DNA of 64,000 nt from Glaucostegus cemiculus (taxonomy: Eukaryota): positions 868,001 through 932,000 of the forward strand of contig CDPCPM010000479.1 in NCBI GenBank assembly GCA_976551045.1. Reading direction: 5' to 3'. Under the pieces are notes generated by a model. That model did no database searches. It was not told where the DNA came from and was given only the letters and a program-made list of their open reading frames with translations. Each line of letters opens with the position of its first letter. Within the stretch, counting starts at the first letter, position 1. The position numbers were made by a program, and so were the translations under genes. This document shows positions 62,251 through 64,000 of the stretch, one piece after another.

Positions 62251-64000
62251 TCACTTGCCGTGGGACTATGATTGAGAAAGTAATTGCAAAAGACAATGAA
62301 ATAGTGACGGGGTGTAATCTCAGGATATGGGATTGGCCTTCCAGGACACGATAAATTTATTTACACAAAGTTGTAAATCTTTGAAATTCTTTACCTCCAG
62401 GATGTTCAGTTGAGTAAATTCAAAGCTGAGATTGTTAGGTTTTTCGACACTCAGATAATCAATAGATACTGAGATTGTGTAGGATAGTGGGGTTAAGGCA
62501 AAATATCCACCATAATTTTGTTGAATGTGGCTCAGACCTTTATAACCTCTTTGTTTATGTTCTTTTGAAACCATGCTTTTTTAATAGAAGTAGCAAGATG
62601 AAGGTCTTTCCCAGTTCTAACAAAGTGTCACTAAACCAAAATGTCGACTGTTTCTCTTTCCACAGATGCTGCCTGACCTGAGATTTTCTATCATTTTCTG
62701 TTTTTATTACAGCAAGACGAATGTATATACTGCAGAATAAATAAATTCAGTAATGTAAGCATTGAAAACATTGAGCTTTGTCTTCCCTCTACGGCCCATA
62801 GCACGTTGTTCTACAAAGTACCTTGAGTAAAGATCTATATAAGTAACTGGTGACAAACTTTAGTACACAGCATTATCATCAGGGTGCTTCTGTATTAAAG
62901 GCATAGACCCTACCATCATGGTGTAAGCAGATGCTTGTCACATGGCTGATTTTAAAAAAAACCTGTGGCTGAGCACAGCTAGACAGTGTTCTCTGAATGC
63001 TGGTTATGAGAACGTGTTCAAAGGTCTGTGCCAATTATGCCTAGATTGCAGAGATGACAGAAGTTGTGGCTGAGCCTTTGCACTATAAATTATAAACTAG
63101 AGAAAGAAGATAGGGTGAAAGTGACTTATGTTCAATAGGATAGTGACGGTGCACTTCTCCTAAAGTGAGCTGAACTGATTATTAAATCAACTGAGTTTTC
63201 TTTGTACCTCCTTTTGCCACACAGGAAGCTCATTATGTTCTCCAGCAATTGCTGTGGCCATCCTTAGTCAATTGTCCAAAAAAAGCAGCAAGTTATTCTC
63301 CTGGGGAGGAGAGCTGTTAAAGATAAGTGGACTCTGGCTTCAGGCTAATGCACCTGTTTGAAGAAAGAGTGGATTTTAATCAACACTCCACAGTGGACTC
63401 AGTAGTTTGAAACCTGAGCCAGTAGAGGTAGATTTGTATAGAAATTGCAACATTGAAGCAGTTCAGCCTTTAGTTATCCAATACTAGTCTTTATCCTCTG
63501 AGTAAAGTGTGGCCATCTTCCCTATTTGTCCAATGTCATAGTGTACCTCGTTCTTCTATTTTCCTTTGCTCACCCATTCAATTTATTCCAATTTGTTGAC
63601 GTGATCTCTGCTTCAAACATTATTTCTATTAGTGCATAGTGCAGTAATATGCAAAATGATTCTTCAGCAATCTCTTCTATATTTTCATTTTTTAGCCTGT
63701 AATCTATGTCTCTCTTTCTGGTGCTCACAACCAGTGGAAGCTACGATTTCCACCTATGCTGTCTCATCCCTTCTATTTTAAACACCAGTTACCCATCATC
63801 TTCCCTGAAGAAAATGCCCTCCATTTGTCAATCTCAAAGGCTTTGCTGAATCAGGCTGACCTGGCTAATTAACCAGGCCTGGCAGGTGTGTAACCAGCAT
63901 CTGGAGTTCTGTCCTTTCCCACATACCTGAGCTCTATAGGTAGTTCTAACTGGGTGAGATCAGCACCCTCCCATGTTGGGTGAATGTACTGTATGTAGTT

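Larger units (their letters stand above)
1..64000 (+). other. RAPGEF1: RAPGEF1/C3G gene body (partial; both ends outside window)
   Basis: Phase-compatible exon chain. Its translation resembles vertebrate C3G: PPxLPxK Crk-SH3 motifs, SQYDNIS, LAYMQ..EDYSEPQP, REM domain LVLYCEAFLTTYRTFI, CDC25 domain EIAEQLTLLDAELFYKIE..LNNFNSYLAILSAL. Confidence 0.98.

Noticed and set aside
63225-63320. Pyrimidine tract plus cag|GAAGCTCATTAT (EAHY...), reminiscent of C3G's terminal AHY peptide
   Set aside because: Similarity ends after three residues, a stop follows at 63318-63320, and the intervening CDC25 exons are missing. Cryptic at best.
63839-63860. GFAES, resembling the expected next exon start GLAEYC
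   Set aside because: No AG immediately upstream in the right phase, and a TGA after six codons. The real exon is presumably beyond the window.
1-64000. CRISPR arrays, operons, intronic snoRNA/miRNA genes
   Set aside because: No regularly spaced repeat-spacer structure or prokaryotic gene organisation. I recognised no snoRNA or miRNA, though an Rfam/Infernal scan would be needed to exclude them.

Overview
Eukaryotic, AT-rich vertebrate genomic DNA. The whole window lies inside one + strand gene, RAPGEF1 (C3G, Rap guanine nucleotide exchange factor 1). I can chain 18 coding exons in compatible phase (2,611 nt, about 870 codons). They run from the Crk-SH3-binding proline-rich region through the autoinhibitory region, a block of phase-0 Ser-rich cassette exons and the REM domain into the first part of the CDC25/RasGEF domain. 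The gene's 5' and 3' ends lie outside the window. Introns contain CR1-type LINE fragments, tRNA-derived V-SINEs and a decayed Penelope-like element, a repeat set that suggests a cartilaginous fish (inference). Most notable signals: (1) a U12-type AT-AC minor-spliceosome intron at 51462-51666; (2) a candidate 24-nt in-frame microexon at 40693-40716; (3) a cassette exon whose 5' part doubles as the polypyrimidine tract of internal NAGNAG acceptors; (4) several degenerate minimal hammerhead-ribozyme-like motifs in Penelope-derived repeats, including a tandem pair; (5) inverted V-SINEs bracketing exon blocks. Family and orthologue assignments rest on recalled consensus sequences, not on searches. 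I see no prokaryotic-type systems (CRISPR, operons) and no clearly new biological system.
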